From positions 15,705-79,704 of the forward strand of contig CAZAKN010000004.1 in assembly GCA_964486065.1 (NCBI GenBank): a stretch of DNA of 64,000 bases, written 5' to 3'. This document shows, one piece after another, positions 10,194-21,811 of the stretch (positions are counted from its first letter, which is position 1; each line of letters starts with the position of its first letter). Made by a program: the position numbers and the translations under genes. The notes under the pieces were generated by a model, which was given only the letters and a program-made list of their open reading frames with translations, searched no databases and was not told the origin of the DNA. The stretch is from an uncultured Gammaproteobacteria bacterium (GTDB lineage Bacteria > Patescibacteriota > Patescibacteriia > UBA11705 > JABHMO01).

Positions 10194-10748
10194 TTATTGC
10201 GCGTATTTTTTTATCAGCTTGTCAATTTGCGCGTAAGTTTCACGCAAATCATCATTATTGTCCACGAATTCGTCGGCCATATCCAGAATTTTGGGAATAT
10301 CCGTTTCTGTTGAAAGGGCTTCATCTTTTTGAAACTGTTCGCGCGTTTTAGTTTCATCGTCCAAGTTTTCTCGTCGTTCGGTTAAGCGTTTGTACCGAAT
10401 TTCAGGCTTTGTTTTTACTCCCACCAGCACGAAATTGGACAAAGTTTTCAAAGCCTCCACATCTTCCAGCGTGCGTATGCCTTCCACGATAACAATTTCT
10501 TTGTCGCTGTTATTGATATCTTTGAGCATGGCTTGACTTAAAATAGCATTTCCGAGAGAATCGCGCAAAGCCACGGACAGTTTTACCAAATTTTTCCTGC
10601 TGATATCGGTATGCAATCTACTCAAAGTGTCTCTTAAAATTTGTGAAAACTTAAATGCTTCAACATCATAATTTTTTTTGATATATTCGGTGCAAGAGGT
10701 TTTGCCTGAGGCGGGGAGTCCGGTGAAGCCGAAAATAACTTTTGCCAT
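10194..10748 (-). CDS. P-loop nucleotide kinase (dNMP/dephospho-CoA-kinase-like)
   Basis: Walker A GLPASGKTS near N-terminus, ~180 aa, located in thymidylate synthesis operon. Confidence 0.55.
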   Translation of the reverse strand: MAKVIFGFTGLPASGKTSCTEYIKKNYDVEAFKFSQILRDTLSRLHTDISRKNLVKLSVALRDSLGNAILSQAMLKDINNSDKEIVIVEGIRTLEDVEALKTLSNFVLVGVKTKPEIRYKRLTERRENLDDETKTREQFQKDEALSTETDIPKILDMADEFVDNNDDLRETYAQIDKLIKKYAQ

Positions 10749-10765
10749 AATTGTTTTATTATAAA

Positions 10766-11758
10766 TTAATAACCACCGACATTGGCGATTTCCGCTTTCA
10801 GCGGTGGATGAGGATCATAGCCCTCCAAAGTGAAATCCTCGTATTTGAAATCATTGATATTTTTAATTTCCGGATTAAGTTTCATAATCGGTAAAGGACG
10901 AGGTTCGCGAGCAAGTTGTTCTTTGCATTGTTCAAAATGATTGGAATAAATATGAACATCGCCGAAAGTATGAACAAAGTCTCCCACTTCCAAACCGGTA
11001 ATTTGCGCCACCATTTGCAAAAGCAAGGCGTAGCTGGCGATATTGAACGGTACGCCGAGGAAAGTATCGGCGCTTCTTTGATAAAGCCCCAAATTTAATT
11101 TGTTACCATCCGTAACGGCAAATTGATAAGTTGTGTGACAAAATGGAGGAACTTCGTTTTTGTTTTTTTCTGATGCCATGGCGTAGATGAAGTCCGGATT
11201 CCAAGCGGAAACCACATAAGATTTACGGAACGGTTTATCTTTTAACCCATCAATCACCCAGCCAAGTTGATCAATTTCTCGTCCATCGCTGGCCGGCCAA
11301 CGGCGCCACATCCTGCCGTATATTGTCGTTAAATCTCCCCATTTTTGCACAAAAGGATCATCCGCCGGCAAATCTTTCAGTTTGGCGATAAATTCTTTTT
11401 GTTCCATGTCTTTGGTCGGATCATTGGCCAAGCAATATTTATGATATTTTTTCCAAGCCCATTCATCCCAGATATGAACATCACGATCAACCAAATATTT
11501 AATATTTGAACTACCACTTAAAAACCAAATCAATTCTTCAATAATACCGCGAATAAATGTTTTTTTTGTAGTTAAAAGAGGGAAGCCTTTATTCAAATTA
11601 AAACGAATTTGTCTGCCAAAAACCGAACGAATATATGGTGGTTCCACACCTCTTTGTTTATATTGTTCCAAAACTTCCGGAGTGAAAAATAATTTTTTGT
11701 CACTGCCATTATCCATGATGTCTTGCAGTAAGTTTAAATATTGTTGTTCAGGATGCAT
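10766..11758 (-). CDS. thyA: thymidylate synthase
   Basis: conserved ThyA segments incl. ...GVPFNIASYALLLQMVAQ... and C-terminal ...HTFGDVHIYSNH... Confidence 0.9.
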   Translation of the reverse strand: MHPEQQYLNLLQDIMDNGSDKKLFFTPEVLEQYKQRGVEPPYIRSVFGRQIRFNLNKGFPLLTTKKTFIRGIIEELIWFLSGSSNIKYLVDRDVHIWDEWAWKKYHKYCLANDPTKDMEQKEFIAKLKDLPADDPFVQKWGDLTTIYGRMWRRWPASDGREIDQLGWVIDGLKDKPFRKSYVVSAWNPDFIYAMASEKNKNEVPPFCHTTYQFAVTDGNKLNLGLYQRSADTFLGVPFNIASYALLLQMVAQITGLEVGDFVHTFGDVHIYSNHFEQCKEQLAREPRPLPIMKLNPEIKNINDFKYEDFTLEGYDPHPPLKAEIANVGGY

Positions 11759-11854
11759 AGTATTTGAAATTAGGAATTTGATATAAGAAATTTGAACGGG
11801 TTTGGTAATTAGAGGCTGAAACTGAGAGATTTTAATTTCACCGATTACATTTTG

Positions 11855-12403
11855 TTATACTTGTGTTTCCATTCTTTCGGTGGCAACGCGACCACCTTGC
11901 CATTGTCCGCGATATTGATTGCCTTCACCAAGCACTTCGTGAAAAGTGATATGAACAACTCTGGCACCAAAAGAAACGGTTATGTTTGATTTACCCAGAT
12001 TGCAAATACCAAAAGTCAATTCGCCGGAATAACCGGGTTGAACTATACCGTTGAACAAACCCAAACCGGAACGGAAAAGTGTGGTTCGTGGGAAAATAAT
12101 ACCGGAAACAGTAGTAGGTAAATTAACTTTTTCCATGGTTTTGATTAAATAATATTTTCCGGGTTCAAAAGTAAAAGAGTTTTCCCGTTCAGATTTTGTT
12201 TCATCATTTTTTGCTACAAGTTTTACATTTGGTGTATCTCTTTCTTCCACGCCGAGGAAACCGTCGCCTTCCAATTCATAAACTTCGCTCATTCGTAAAT
12301 CAAAGCCGGCACCTTCCGGATTGTTTTTTTCCCGATCGCAAAGATTTTCTACCAAATTATTTTTTTTTACCAATTCGTGAAGTGTTTTTATGCCCAAGAT
12401 CAT
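11855..12403 (-). CDS. dcd: dCTP deaminase / dUTPase-superfamily protein
   Basis: GFDLR..., PRTTLFRSGL..., IVQPGYSGELTFG motifs typical of dCTP deaminase. Confidence 0.7.
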   Translation of the reverse strand: MILGIKTLHELVKKNNLVENLCDREKNNPEGAGFDLRMSEVYELEGDGFLGVEERDTPNVKLVAKNDETKSERENSFTFEPGKYYLIKTMEKVNLPTTVSGIIFPRTTLFRSGLGLFNGIVQPGYSGELTFGICNLGKSNITVSFGARVVHITFHEVLGEGNQYRGQWQGGRVATERMETQV

Positions 12404-12421
12404 ATGTGTATAATTAATTGA

Positions 12422-13015
12422 TTATTTTCCGCAATTGGCGCAAACCGGAGGTTGTGAATCACTTTCTTTTACTTCGCCCGTGGTATTGGCCAATTTTTCT
12501 TCATCAAAATATAGTTTCCCATCATATTTGCGAATCAGAATATCGCTTTTTTCCGCCAATTCCCATGCTTCATTTTCCGCCACATTATCTTTACCTCCTT
12601 TGGTAATTCTTTTATATTCAACTAAATACACTATTTCTTTTACACCGGCATTATTCAAGGATTTCATACAGTCATAACAAGGGAAAAGCGCGGTATACAT
12701 GGTCGCGCCTCTTAATCTAGTTGTATCTTGGCAATTGATAATGGCGTTAACTTCCGCGTGAGCGCCACGACATCTTTTCAATTCGCCGGTTTCCGGATCA
12801 CCATCCACTTTGGCGCAACCGACTTCAATGCAATGCACATCATTTTCTGTGGGACCGTTGTAACCAACGGAGATAACGCGATGATTTTTATCCACCAAAA
12901 CCGCGCCGGCTTCATGGAATTTGCAAGCCGCTCTTTTGGTCATCAAATATGCTAAGTTCATGAAAAGTTCGTCCCATGAAAGTCTGTTTTTCTTTGGATT
13001 TTCTAAGTTATACAT
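12422..13015 (-). CDS. dCMP deaminase (CMP/dCMP-type zinc deaminase) with C-terminal zinc ribbon
   Basis: HAEVNAI and PCYDCMK zinc-binding motifs; C-terminal CANCGK. Confidence 0.8.
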   Translation of the reverse strand: MYNLENPKKNRLSWDELFMNLAYLMTKRAACKFHEAGAVLVDKNHRVISVGYNGPTENDVHCIEVGCAKVDGDPETGELKRCRGAHAEVNAIINCQDTTRLRGATMYTALFPCYDCMKSLNNAGVKEIVYLVEYKRITKGGKDNVAENEAWELAEKSDILIRKYDGKLYFDEEKLANTTGEVKESDSQPPVCANCGK

Positions 13016-13033
13016 ATAATTTAAGTAAAAAGT

Positions 13034-13618
13034 TTATTTTTTAACTCTATAAAGTAGGTTAATTGTATTATTATTCATTTTTTTTATTTCCATAAGTTCC
13101 AGATCAAGTTCAGTATCCACTTGGTCAAAAATACGCATACCCGATGCGAAAATCTTTGGTTCAACGGTGATTTGGATTTCATCAATCAGATTTTCTTTCA
13201 AAAACAAAGAATTGACAAAAGTACCGCCACAAATTAAAACTCGTTCAAAACCACGATCTTCCAATTCTTGTAAAATCGGTTTTAAATCACCTTGTTTATG
13301 CTCCAAAAGTCCGGGTTGATTATCACGATTTTCACGCGTTAACACAATATTTAAACGGCCGGGCAGGGGAGAACCGATAGCGTCATAAGTGGCTTGTCCC
13401 ATGATCATGACGCCGGCTTGTTTGGAAGTTTGTTTGAACAATTCTTTATCTTCTTTGGAAGTCCATTGCATGGGATTATGTTCGGGATTTTTGGCGATTA
13501 CGCCGTCAGCGCTCATCACCATAACCAATCTGGTTTTCATATTTTTCGTAAATAAAAAGTCAATTACAGGTATGAATATTTTAGCAAATTTGGGCGTTGG
13601 AAGCAAAACTTTTGACAT
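13034..13618 (-). CDS. dihydrofolate reductase family protein (alternative start at 13540)
   Basis: RibD-C/DHFR-like: MVMSADGVIAK..., GQATYDAIG..., NIVLTR; sits in thyA operon. Confidence 0.65.
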   Translation of the reverse strand: MSKVLLPTPKFAKIFIPVIDFLFTKNMKTRLVMVMSADGVIAKNPEHNPMQWTSKEDKELFKQTSKQAGVMIMGQATYDAIGSPLPGRLNIVLTRENRDNQPGLLEHKQGDLKPILQELEDRGFERVLICGGTFVNSLFLKENLIDEIQITVEPKIFASGMRIFDQVDTELDLELMEIKKMNNNTINLLYRVKK

Positions 13619-13694
13619 TTTTTCAAATATGGCATAATATTAAATGTTCACCATAACATCATTCGTTCATTTAAGCATCAAAAGGTAGAGCGTC

Positions 13695-13919
13695 ATGGAA
13701 AAAAACGAAAAAATTTGTCCCTTTGTTACTGGTAATGTGCCATGCGAAAAAATTCGTTTGATTTGTGATAATCCGGAATGTAAGCAACCGGTTTTGTGCG
13801 AATTTGATGAGGAAGCAAAGACTTGCTTGGTGCGAGGTCATTACAAAATCAATCAATGGGCAGTTTTGTGCGATAAATGTTATCAAGATTTTCGCAAAAA
13901 ACAAAAAGGCTTTGCCTAA
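13695..13919 (+). CDS. small Cys-rich hypothetical protein (74 aa, 10 Cys)
   Basis: ORF followed immediately by an intrinsic terminator; CxxxxxC / CxxC spacing suggests zinc-binding. Confidence 0.45.
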   Translation: MEKNEKICPFVTGNVPCEKIRLICDNPECKQPVLCEFDEEAKTCLVRGHYKINQWAVLCDKCYQDFRKKQKGFA

Positions 13920-13935
13920 CGGCAAAGCCTTTTTT
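13908..13935. terminator. rho-independent terminator (bidirectional: + small ORF and - rplA)
   Basis: ggctttgcc-taac-ggcaaagcc + TTTTTT. Confidence 0.6.
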
Positions 13936-13948
13936 AATACGAGTGTAA

Positions 13949-14626
13949 TTAAATTTGAACTTTGATTCCCGGTCCCATGGTTGAGCAAACAGTCAGATTT
14001 TTGACATAAATACCTTTCATGGCTTCCGGTTTGGCTTTTTCCACGGCTTCATTTACGGCATTGAAGTTTTCCAGCAATTCTTTTTCATTGTTTGCGGTTT
14101 TCCCAATGGCGATGTGCAGATTGGCTGAATCATCATTTTTAAAAGCCATTTTCCCTTTTTTTAATTCACCGATGGTTTTGGCCAAATTGGTGGTGATGGT
14201 GTCGTTTTTCGGTGAAGGCATCAATCCTTTCGGTCCCAGAATTCTGGCCAAAGGCGCCAAGTTTTTCATGATTTCCGGAACGCCCACGGCGATATCAAAA
14301 TCCATTTTTCCGGTTTTGATCAATTCCGCGATTTCTGGTTCGGTGTAAACAACATCCGCGCCGGCTTCTTTGGCATCGGATTTTTTATCTTCCGGCACGA
14401 AAGCCGCCACTTTTTTGGCTTTGCCGAAAGTGTGAGGCAAAACCACGGTTGAGCGGACTTGTTGGTCACCTTTCTTCGGATTTATGCCCAAGCGGTAATG
14501 TAATTCAACCGTTTCGTCAAATTTTTTCTTGCCGAGATCTTTTACCAGTTTTAAGGCTTCTTCTACCGGATACATTTTTTCTTTGTCAAAATGTTTCATT
14601 AAGTTGTTAATTCTTTTTGATGGCAT
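13949..14626 (-). CDS. rplA: 50S ribosomal protein L1
   Basis: ...FDETVELHYRLGINPKKGDQQVRSTVVLPH... typical L1. Confidence 0.9.
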   Translation of the reverse strand: MPSKRINNLMKHFDKEKMYPVEEALKLVKDLGKKKFDETVELHYRLGINPKKGDQQVRSTVVLPHTFGKAKKVAAFVPEDKKSDAKEAGADVVYTEPEIAELIKTGKMDFDIAVGVPEIMKNLAPLARILGPKGLMPSPKNDTITTNLAKTIGELKKGKMAFKNDDSANLHIAIGKTANNEKELLENFNAVNEAVEKAKPEAMKGIYVKNLTVCSTMGPGIKVQI

Positions 14627-14769
14627 ATTGTTTCATTATTTATAATTAATTATGAAAAAAACGGGGCAGACACGACCCGTTTTTTTATAACAAAATTTGC
14701 TATTATATCGGATCGTGGTGCGCGCGATGAATTGTTTTATAAATTCATCTCCCACAATTTTCAAATTTT

Positions 14770-15192
14770 TTAATCTACTATTTTAACGCCCATTTGTCTG
14801 GCGGTACCTTTCACTATTTTCATGGCCGCTTCAATATCATTGGCGTTTAAATCAGGCATTTTTACTTCCGCGATTTCTCTGACTTTATCTTTGCTCAATT
14901 TGCCGGCGGTTTCCGTCAAGGGATTATGAGCTCCTTTTTTAATGCCGGTAGCTTTTTTAATCAATTCCGAAGTCGGAGGAGTTTTCATGATAAAGTCAAA
15001 ACTTCTGTCTTCAAAAACCGTAATCACCACCGGAACAACATCGCCTTTTTTATCTTTGGTGGCGTCATTGAAACGATTACAGAAATCTTGAATGGCAATG
15101 CCGTGTTGGCCCAGTGCCGGACCGACCGGCGGAGCCGGGGTAGCGCCTCCCGCAGGGATTTGCAGTTTAATTTTAGTCAATTCTTTAGGCAT
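14770..15192 (-). CDS. rplK: 50S ribosomal protein L11 (start at internal MPKEL; longest ORF extends to 15231)
   Basis: [25 protein letters not shown]... L11 signature. Confidence 0.9.
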   Translation of the reverse strand: MPKELTKIKLQIPAGGATPAPPVGPALGQHGIAIQDFCNRFNDATKDKKGDVVPVVITVFEDRSFDFIMKTPPTSELIKKATGIKKGAHNPLTETAGKLSKDKVREIAEVKMPDLNANDIEAAMKIVKGTARQMGVKIVD

Positions 15193-15308
15193 ACATTTTG
15201 CGCCCGGGTATCTCGCTTGGCGATTATTCAATCAACTTCGCGAAAATCCAAGCAACAATTATTTATCTAATGTCGGTAAGATTAGGTTAATTTTCCATTT
15301 TTGTCAAG

Positions 15309-15854
15309 TTAGATCTTTTTCACTTGCAAATAATCAAGTTCCACTGGAGTCTCTCTGCCAAACATGGAAACCAGCACTTTGATTTTACCTCGTTCTTCGT
15401 CAACATCAGCGACCTTACCTTCAAAGTTTTTAAACGGTCCATCGGTGATTTTAACCGGGGTATCCACTGTAACATCAATGGTGTATTTGGGTTCTTCCAC
15501 GCCCATGCGTTTTTGCAGAGATTTGACTTCCTCGTCGGAAACCGGAGTGGGAGTGGTTCCCGTGCCGATAAAGCCGGTAACATTTGGCGTATTGCGAACC
15601 ACATACCAAGAATCATCGGTTACGATCATTTCCACGAAAACATAACCTGGAAAGATTTTTTCAGTGGTAATTTTTCTTTTGCCGTTTTTGATTTTGATTT
15701 TTTTTTCGGTGGGGATCATGATATTGAAAATCTTGTCTTCCATGTCCATGGATTCAATTCTTTGTTTAAGATTTTCGGCCACATTTTCCTCGTATCCCGA
15801 ATAAGTATGTATAACATACCAGCGTTTGCCTCGTTCGGCGACTTGTTTCGGCAT
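15309..15854 (-). CDS. nusG: transcription termination/antitermination factor NusG
   Basis: NGN domain WYVIHTYSGYE... and C-terminal KOW (FEGKVADVDEERGKIKVLV). Confidence 0.9.
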   Translation of the reverse strand: MPKQVAERGKRWYVIHTYSGYEENVAENLKQRIESMDMEDKIFNIMIPTEKKIKIKNGKRKITTEKIFPGYVFVEMIVTDDSWYVVRNTPNVTGFIGTGTTPTPVSDEEVKSLQKRMGVEEPKYTIDVTVDTPVKITDGPFKNFEGKVADVDEERGKIKVLVSMFGRETPVELDYLQVKKI

Positions 15855-15885
15855 ATTGATTTATCTTATTTATTTTATTTTTATT

Positions 15886-16077
15886 TTAAACGAATAAAGC
15901 CAAAACTTTTGAAAAAGCGAAATCCAGCGCGCCCAAAAAAGCGGCGGTGAATAAACTGACGCTAACCACGATCATGGTGTGCTTTAAAGTTTCTTGCTTG
16001 GTCGGCCAAGTAACCTTTTTCAATTCGGTTTTGGAATCAATTAAATACTTGATTAAGCGATTATTTTTGATAGACAT
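15886..16077 (-). CDS. secE: preprotein translocase subunit SecE
   Basis: 63 aa, ...ELKKVTWPTKQETLKHTMIVV + single TM; precedes nusG as usual. Confidence 0.8.
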   Translation of the reverse strand: MSIKNNRLIKYLIDSKTELKKVTWPTKQETLKHTMIVVSVSLFTAAFLGALDFAFSKVLALFV

Positions 16078-16226
16078 ATAAGCTGTTAATTAAGCTATTT
16101 TAAAAAGGCCTTTTGGCCTTGATCAAATATATTGTAAAGGATTTTATTGTTTTTTGCAAGAGATAAGGTAAATAAAAACTTTTAACACGGTTATGAGTAC
16201 AAATCGTAAATTATGCTTTACTCGCC

Positions 16227-18377
<2,151 letters not shown>

Positions 18378-18504
18378 TTACAAATACATACTATCACGGT
18401 TTAGTATTTTTGTGAATATTTTTTCTTAATATCAAGATATGAAAGTGTGCATAAATTCCAGTGTCTTTTGTTTATATAACTCGCTTTTTGTGATATAATT
18501 AACT

Positions 18505-19419
18505 TTGTACAAAAAACAAAAACAACGCGAAAGTCGCGAAAATAGCATGACTGACATTTATAAAAATTTAAGTGAAAAGGAAATGAAATTGGGGTATTGG
18601 TTTGTTACGAACAAGATCTTGCTGAGACGCATGGTCATAGTTGTCTTGTTGATATTTACCATTTCCACCATGTTTTACGGTTTATTTGGTTTGATCAAAC
18701 ACTATCTTTGGAGTAGCGGTGATATTGAAAAATCAATCAACCGAATCGGACAGCCGAAATTGAATTATGAATTATTGGTGGAACTGAACACGCCCCAATC
18801 TTTAACCATTAAAGATCCAGCGGTTATCAAATCCAATGGAACTTTGAATTTGGCTGTGGAAGTGTTCAATCCCAATGCCAGCTGGTTTTTGGAGTCATTT
18901 GATTATTATTTCAAATCCGGCGCTCAAGAAACGGAAAAACGCACGGATTTTGTTTTGCCGGGACAGAATAAAATGTTGTATAAATTGAATTACTCTGATC
19001 AGCCGACTTTCAATAATCCGCAGTTGGTGGTGGAAAATCCGCGTTGGCGCAAGGTGGCCAATTATCGCAGTTTGGAAGAGAAGTTTATTGATTTCCGGAT
19101 CAGCGATGTGGTTTTGCGTCGTGAACAAAGCTCAGATGGTTCCGTAAGTTTTACCAACTTGCAATTTGAAATCAGCAATCTCACGGCTTTCAGTTATTTT
19201 GAACCGAAATTTACGGCCATGATTTACAAAGGTAATCGTCTGGTGGGGATCGCGCCGATATTTTTGCAAGAACTGAATTCCGGGCAAAAAGTGCGCAAAA
19301 ACATAAATTTTTTCATGTCTTATGATCCGAACGCTAAAGTTTTGATTGAGCCGGACATAAATATACTGGCTCCGGACTCGTTCAAGGCGGTGGGTTTTGA
19401 TTCCGGAGAACTTAAATGA
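18505..19419 (+). CDS. hypothetical membrane-anchored protein
   Basis: 304 aa; single N-terminal TM (IVVLLIFTISTMFYGLFGLI). Confidence 0.5.
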   Translation: MYKKQKQRESRENSMTDIYKNLSEKEMKLGYWFVTNKILLRRMVIVVLLIFTISTMFYGLFGLIKHYLWSSGDIEKSINRIGQPKLNYELLVELNTPQSLTIKDPAVIKSNGTLNLAVEVFNPNASWFLESFDYYFKSGAQETEKRTDFVLPGQNKMLYKLNYSDQPTFNNPQLVVENPRWRKVANYRSLEEKFIDFRISDVVLRREQSSDGSVSFTNLQFEISNLTAFSYFEPKFTAMIYKGNRLVGIAPIFLQELNSGQKVRKNINFFMSYDPNAKVLIEPDINILAPDSFKAVGFDSGELK

Positions 19420-19493
19420 TGAGTTGCCCTGCGGGCGGCTGATTGCGGAGAATCGTATAAATGTTAAAATAACGGAGGGAAACCTCTGTTTTT

Positions 19494-20597
19494 ATGTTGA
19501 ATCATATTGTTAGGAATTTAAAAAAGTTTGACTGGGTTTTGTTGGCCGCGGTTTTTTTGTTATTTTGTCTCGGACTATCGGCGATTTACAGTGTCAGCTT
19601 GAGTGAAACGGATAATGACTTTTCAGATTTCAAAAAACAATCGGTTTTCGGTTTATTGGGTTTCGCGGTTTTGCTGATTTTGGGATTGAAGAATTATTCT
19701 TGGCTCAGAGTTTACAGTAAAACCATTTATACCATAGCTTTACTGTTACTGATTTTGGTTTTATTTATCGGGACGGATATTCGTGGCACTCGCGGTTGGT
19801 TTTCCGTTTTTGGCTTGGGCATTCAGCCCGTGGAATTGGCCAAAGTGGCGTTATTGATTTCCTTGGCAAAATTTTTCAGTAATCGTTTTTATCAATTCAA
19901 AGTTTGGAAACATATTTTGATCGGGTTTTTTCTGACAACAATTTTCGCAGTCGCGGTCATGCTACAACCTGATCTGGGGTCGGCCATGGTTTTGATGGGA
20001 TTGTGGCTTGGTTTGCTGGTTTTGTCGGGAACACCGAAAAAATTCCTGATATTTTTGTTGATCATATTCGTTGTTACGGCTTTGTTGGGATGGCAATTTT
20101 TCCTGCAAGATTATCAGAAAGACAGGATTGTTTCATTTATCAATCCCGAAGCTGACCCCCGCGGTAGCGGTTATAATGTTTCTCAATCCGTAATCGCCAT
20201 CGGATCCGGTGGCGTGTGGGGCAAAGGGTTGGGCTTCGGTTCGCAGAGTCAATTGCGTTTTATTCCGGAAAGTCGGACGGATTTTATTTTCGCGGTGATA
20301 GCGGAAGAATTGGGTTTTTTCGGCGTGAGTTTGATGCTTTTTTTGTATGGGGTAATTTTTTATCGTCTTTTTCTCATCGCTCGTTCGGCTTACAATGATT
20401 TCGGCTTATATTTGGTTGTGGGTGTGATTATTCTATTGTTTTTGCATTTGATAATTAATGTGGGGATGAATATGGGAATTATGCCGGTTACCGGTTTGGC
20501 TTTGCCGTTTCTCAGTTATGGCGGTAGTTTTTTAATGATTTGTTTGGTTTTGATCGGTATAGCTCAAAGCGTGAGAGTTCGCGGTCGTTTTAACTGA
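19494..20597 (+). CDS. SEDS-family peptidoglycan glycosyltransferase (FtsW/RodA)
   Basis: 10-TM profile, conserved ...PDLGSAMVL..., ...SDFIFAVIAEELGF..., ...LSYGGSS-like C-terminus. Confidence 0.85.
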   Translation: MLNHIVRNLKKFDWVLLAAVFLLFCLGLSAIYSVSLSETDNDFSDFKKQSVFGLLGFAVLLILGLKNYSWLRVYSKTIYTIALLLLILVLFIGTDIRGTRGWFSVFGLGIQPVELAKVALLISLAKFFSNRFYQFKVWKHILIGFFLTTIFAVAVMLQPDLGSAMVLMGLWLGLLVLSGTPKKFLIFLLIIFVVTALLGWQFFLQDYQKDRIVSFINPEADPRGSGYNVSQSVIAIGSGGVWGKGLGFGSQSQLRFIPESRTDFIFAVIAEELGFFGVSLMLFLYGVIFYRLFLIARSAYNDFGLYLVVGVIILLFLHLIINVGMNMGIMPVTGLALPFLSYGGSFLMICLVLIGIAQSVRVRGRFN

Positions 20598-20692
20598 TTT
20601 ATTTAAAATAAGAAAAAATAATCCATAAATCATCACTTATTAACTCTTGACTAAAAGCTTATTTTTGTTATGATTACCGCATAATTGAATCT

Positions 20693-21013
20693 ATGAACTC
20701 AAATTTTCAAAACTCTTTAAAAGCCATCAGTGAATGTCCGGTTTGTCGCAAAAAACATTTTGCCGCGGATATTAAATTGATTGAAGAAAATGAAAACGGA
20801 CATTTATTGCATATTCGTTGCAAAGAATGTCAAGCCGCTTTGTTGGTGTTGGTTTCTTTGTCCGAGAGTGGCATGAACTTGATCGGCGTATTAACCGATT
20901 TGAGCGGTGATGAAGTAAAAAAATACTTGGATTCACCGACCATAGATTCAGAACAAATTTTAAACTTATACGAAAAATTCAATAATAATAAATATCTTGA
21001 AATAATCAAATAA
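20693..21013 (+). CDS. small zinc-ribbon hypothetical protein
   Basis: CPVCRKK...24 aa...CKECQ; 106 aa. Confidence 0.45.
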   Translation: MNSNFQNSLKAISECPVCRKKHFAADIKLIEENENGHLLHIRCKECQAALLVLVSLSESGMNLIGVLTDLSGDEVKKYLDSPTIDSEQILNLYEKFNNNKYLEIIK

Positions 21014-21014
21014 T

Positions 21015-21689
21015 ATGATTTACGAGTTAAAGGCAAAAGCCAGAAAAGCGGGGGAGGGAGCTGATGATCCCAAAATTGTTCCGGGTGTTGTTTACGGTCC
21101 GGATGTTAAAGAAAATATTTTAATTTATTTGGACGCGGTGGAATTTGATAAAATTTATGAAGAAGCCGGTTCCAGTGCTATCATTAAATTACAAGTGGAA
21201 GGGGATGACACCGAGCGAGAAGTTTTGATCAAAGCCGTTCAGAATCATCCGGTAAAAGAACAATATTTGCATGTTGATTTTTATCACATTAAAAAAGGTC
21301 ATAAGATTGAGGTGGAAGTTGAATTGGAATTCTTCGGAACTCCGCCGGCTATTAAAACTCTTAACGGTATTTTGGTAAAACAGATTGAAGAAGTTAAGGT
21401 CAAATGTTTGCCAAAAGATATTATTTCCGAAATTAAAGTTGATCTGAGCGGTTTGAAAACTTTTGATGATAAAATTTTGGTCAGAGATTTACAAGTGCCG
21501 GAAGCCGTGGAAATTTTGGAAAATGAAGATGTTTTGGTCGCTGCGATCAGTGAACCTCGCAAAGCGGAAGAAGAAAAGCCGGTTGAAGAAGAAGGTGCGG
21601 CAGGGGAAGGTGAAGCCAAAGAAGGAGAAGACAAGCCCGAAGGAGAAGGGAAAGAAGGCGAGAAAAAATCCGCTGAAATTAAAAAATAA
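21015..21689 (+). CDS. rplY: 50S ribosomal protein L25 / general stress protein Ctc, with acidic E/K-rich C-terminal tail
   Basis: N-terminus ...KAKARKAGEGADDPKIVPGVVYG... characteristic of L25/Ctc. Confidence 0.85.
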   Translation: MIYELKAKARKAGEGADDPKIVPGVVYGPDVKENILIYLDAVEFDKIYEEAGSSAIIKLQVEGDDTEREVLIKAVQNHPVKEQYLHVDFYHIKKGHKIEVEVELEFFGTPPAIKTLNGILVKQIEEVKVKCLPKDIISEIKVDLSGLKTFDDKILVRDLQVPEAVEILENEDVLVAAISEPRKAEEEKPVEEEGAAGEGEAKEGEDKPEGEGKEGEKKSAEIKK

Positions 21690-21711
21690 TTGGCTTAAAA
21701 TAAAGCAAAAA

Positions 21712-21735
21712 CAGTCGCCGATAAGCGACTGTTTT
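21712..21735 (+). terminator. rho-independent terminator
   Basis: cagtcgc-cgataa-gcgactg + TTTTT. Confidence 0.65.
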
Positions 21736-21811
21736 TGCTTGTATTGATTGACAAAAAGGCGGTGATGTAGTAAATATGATATAATAATTTTAATTGAAAT
21801 AATTTATATTT

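Noticed and set aside
13671-13988. 105-aa minus-strand ORF overlapping the 74-aa Cys-rich + ORF
   Set aside because: The + strand ORF has the Cys-spacing pattern and a terminator directly after its stop. The minus ORF has an odd hydrophobic composition and overlaps the rplA 3' end.
16078-16226. Expected tRNA-Trp upstream of secE
   Set aside because: No cloverleaf-compatible sequence was found. The region contains only a GGCC-TTTT-GGCC terminator-like hairpin serving gyrB.
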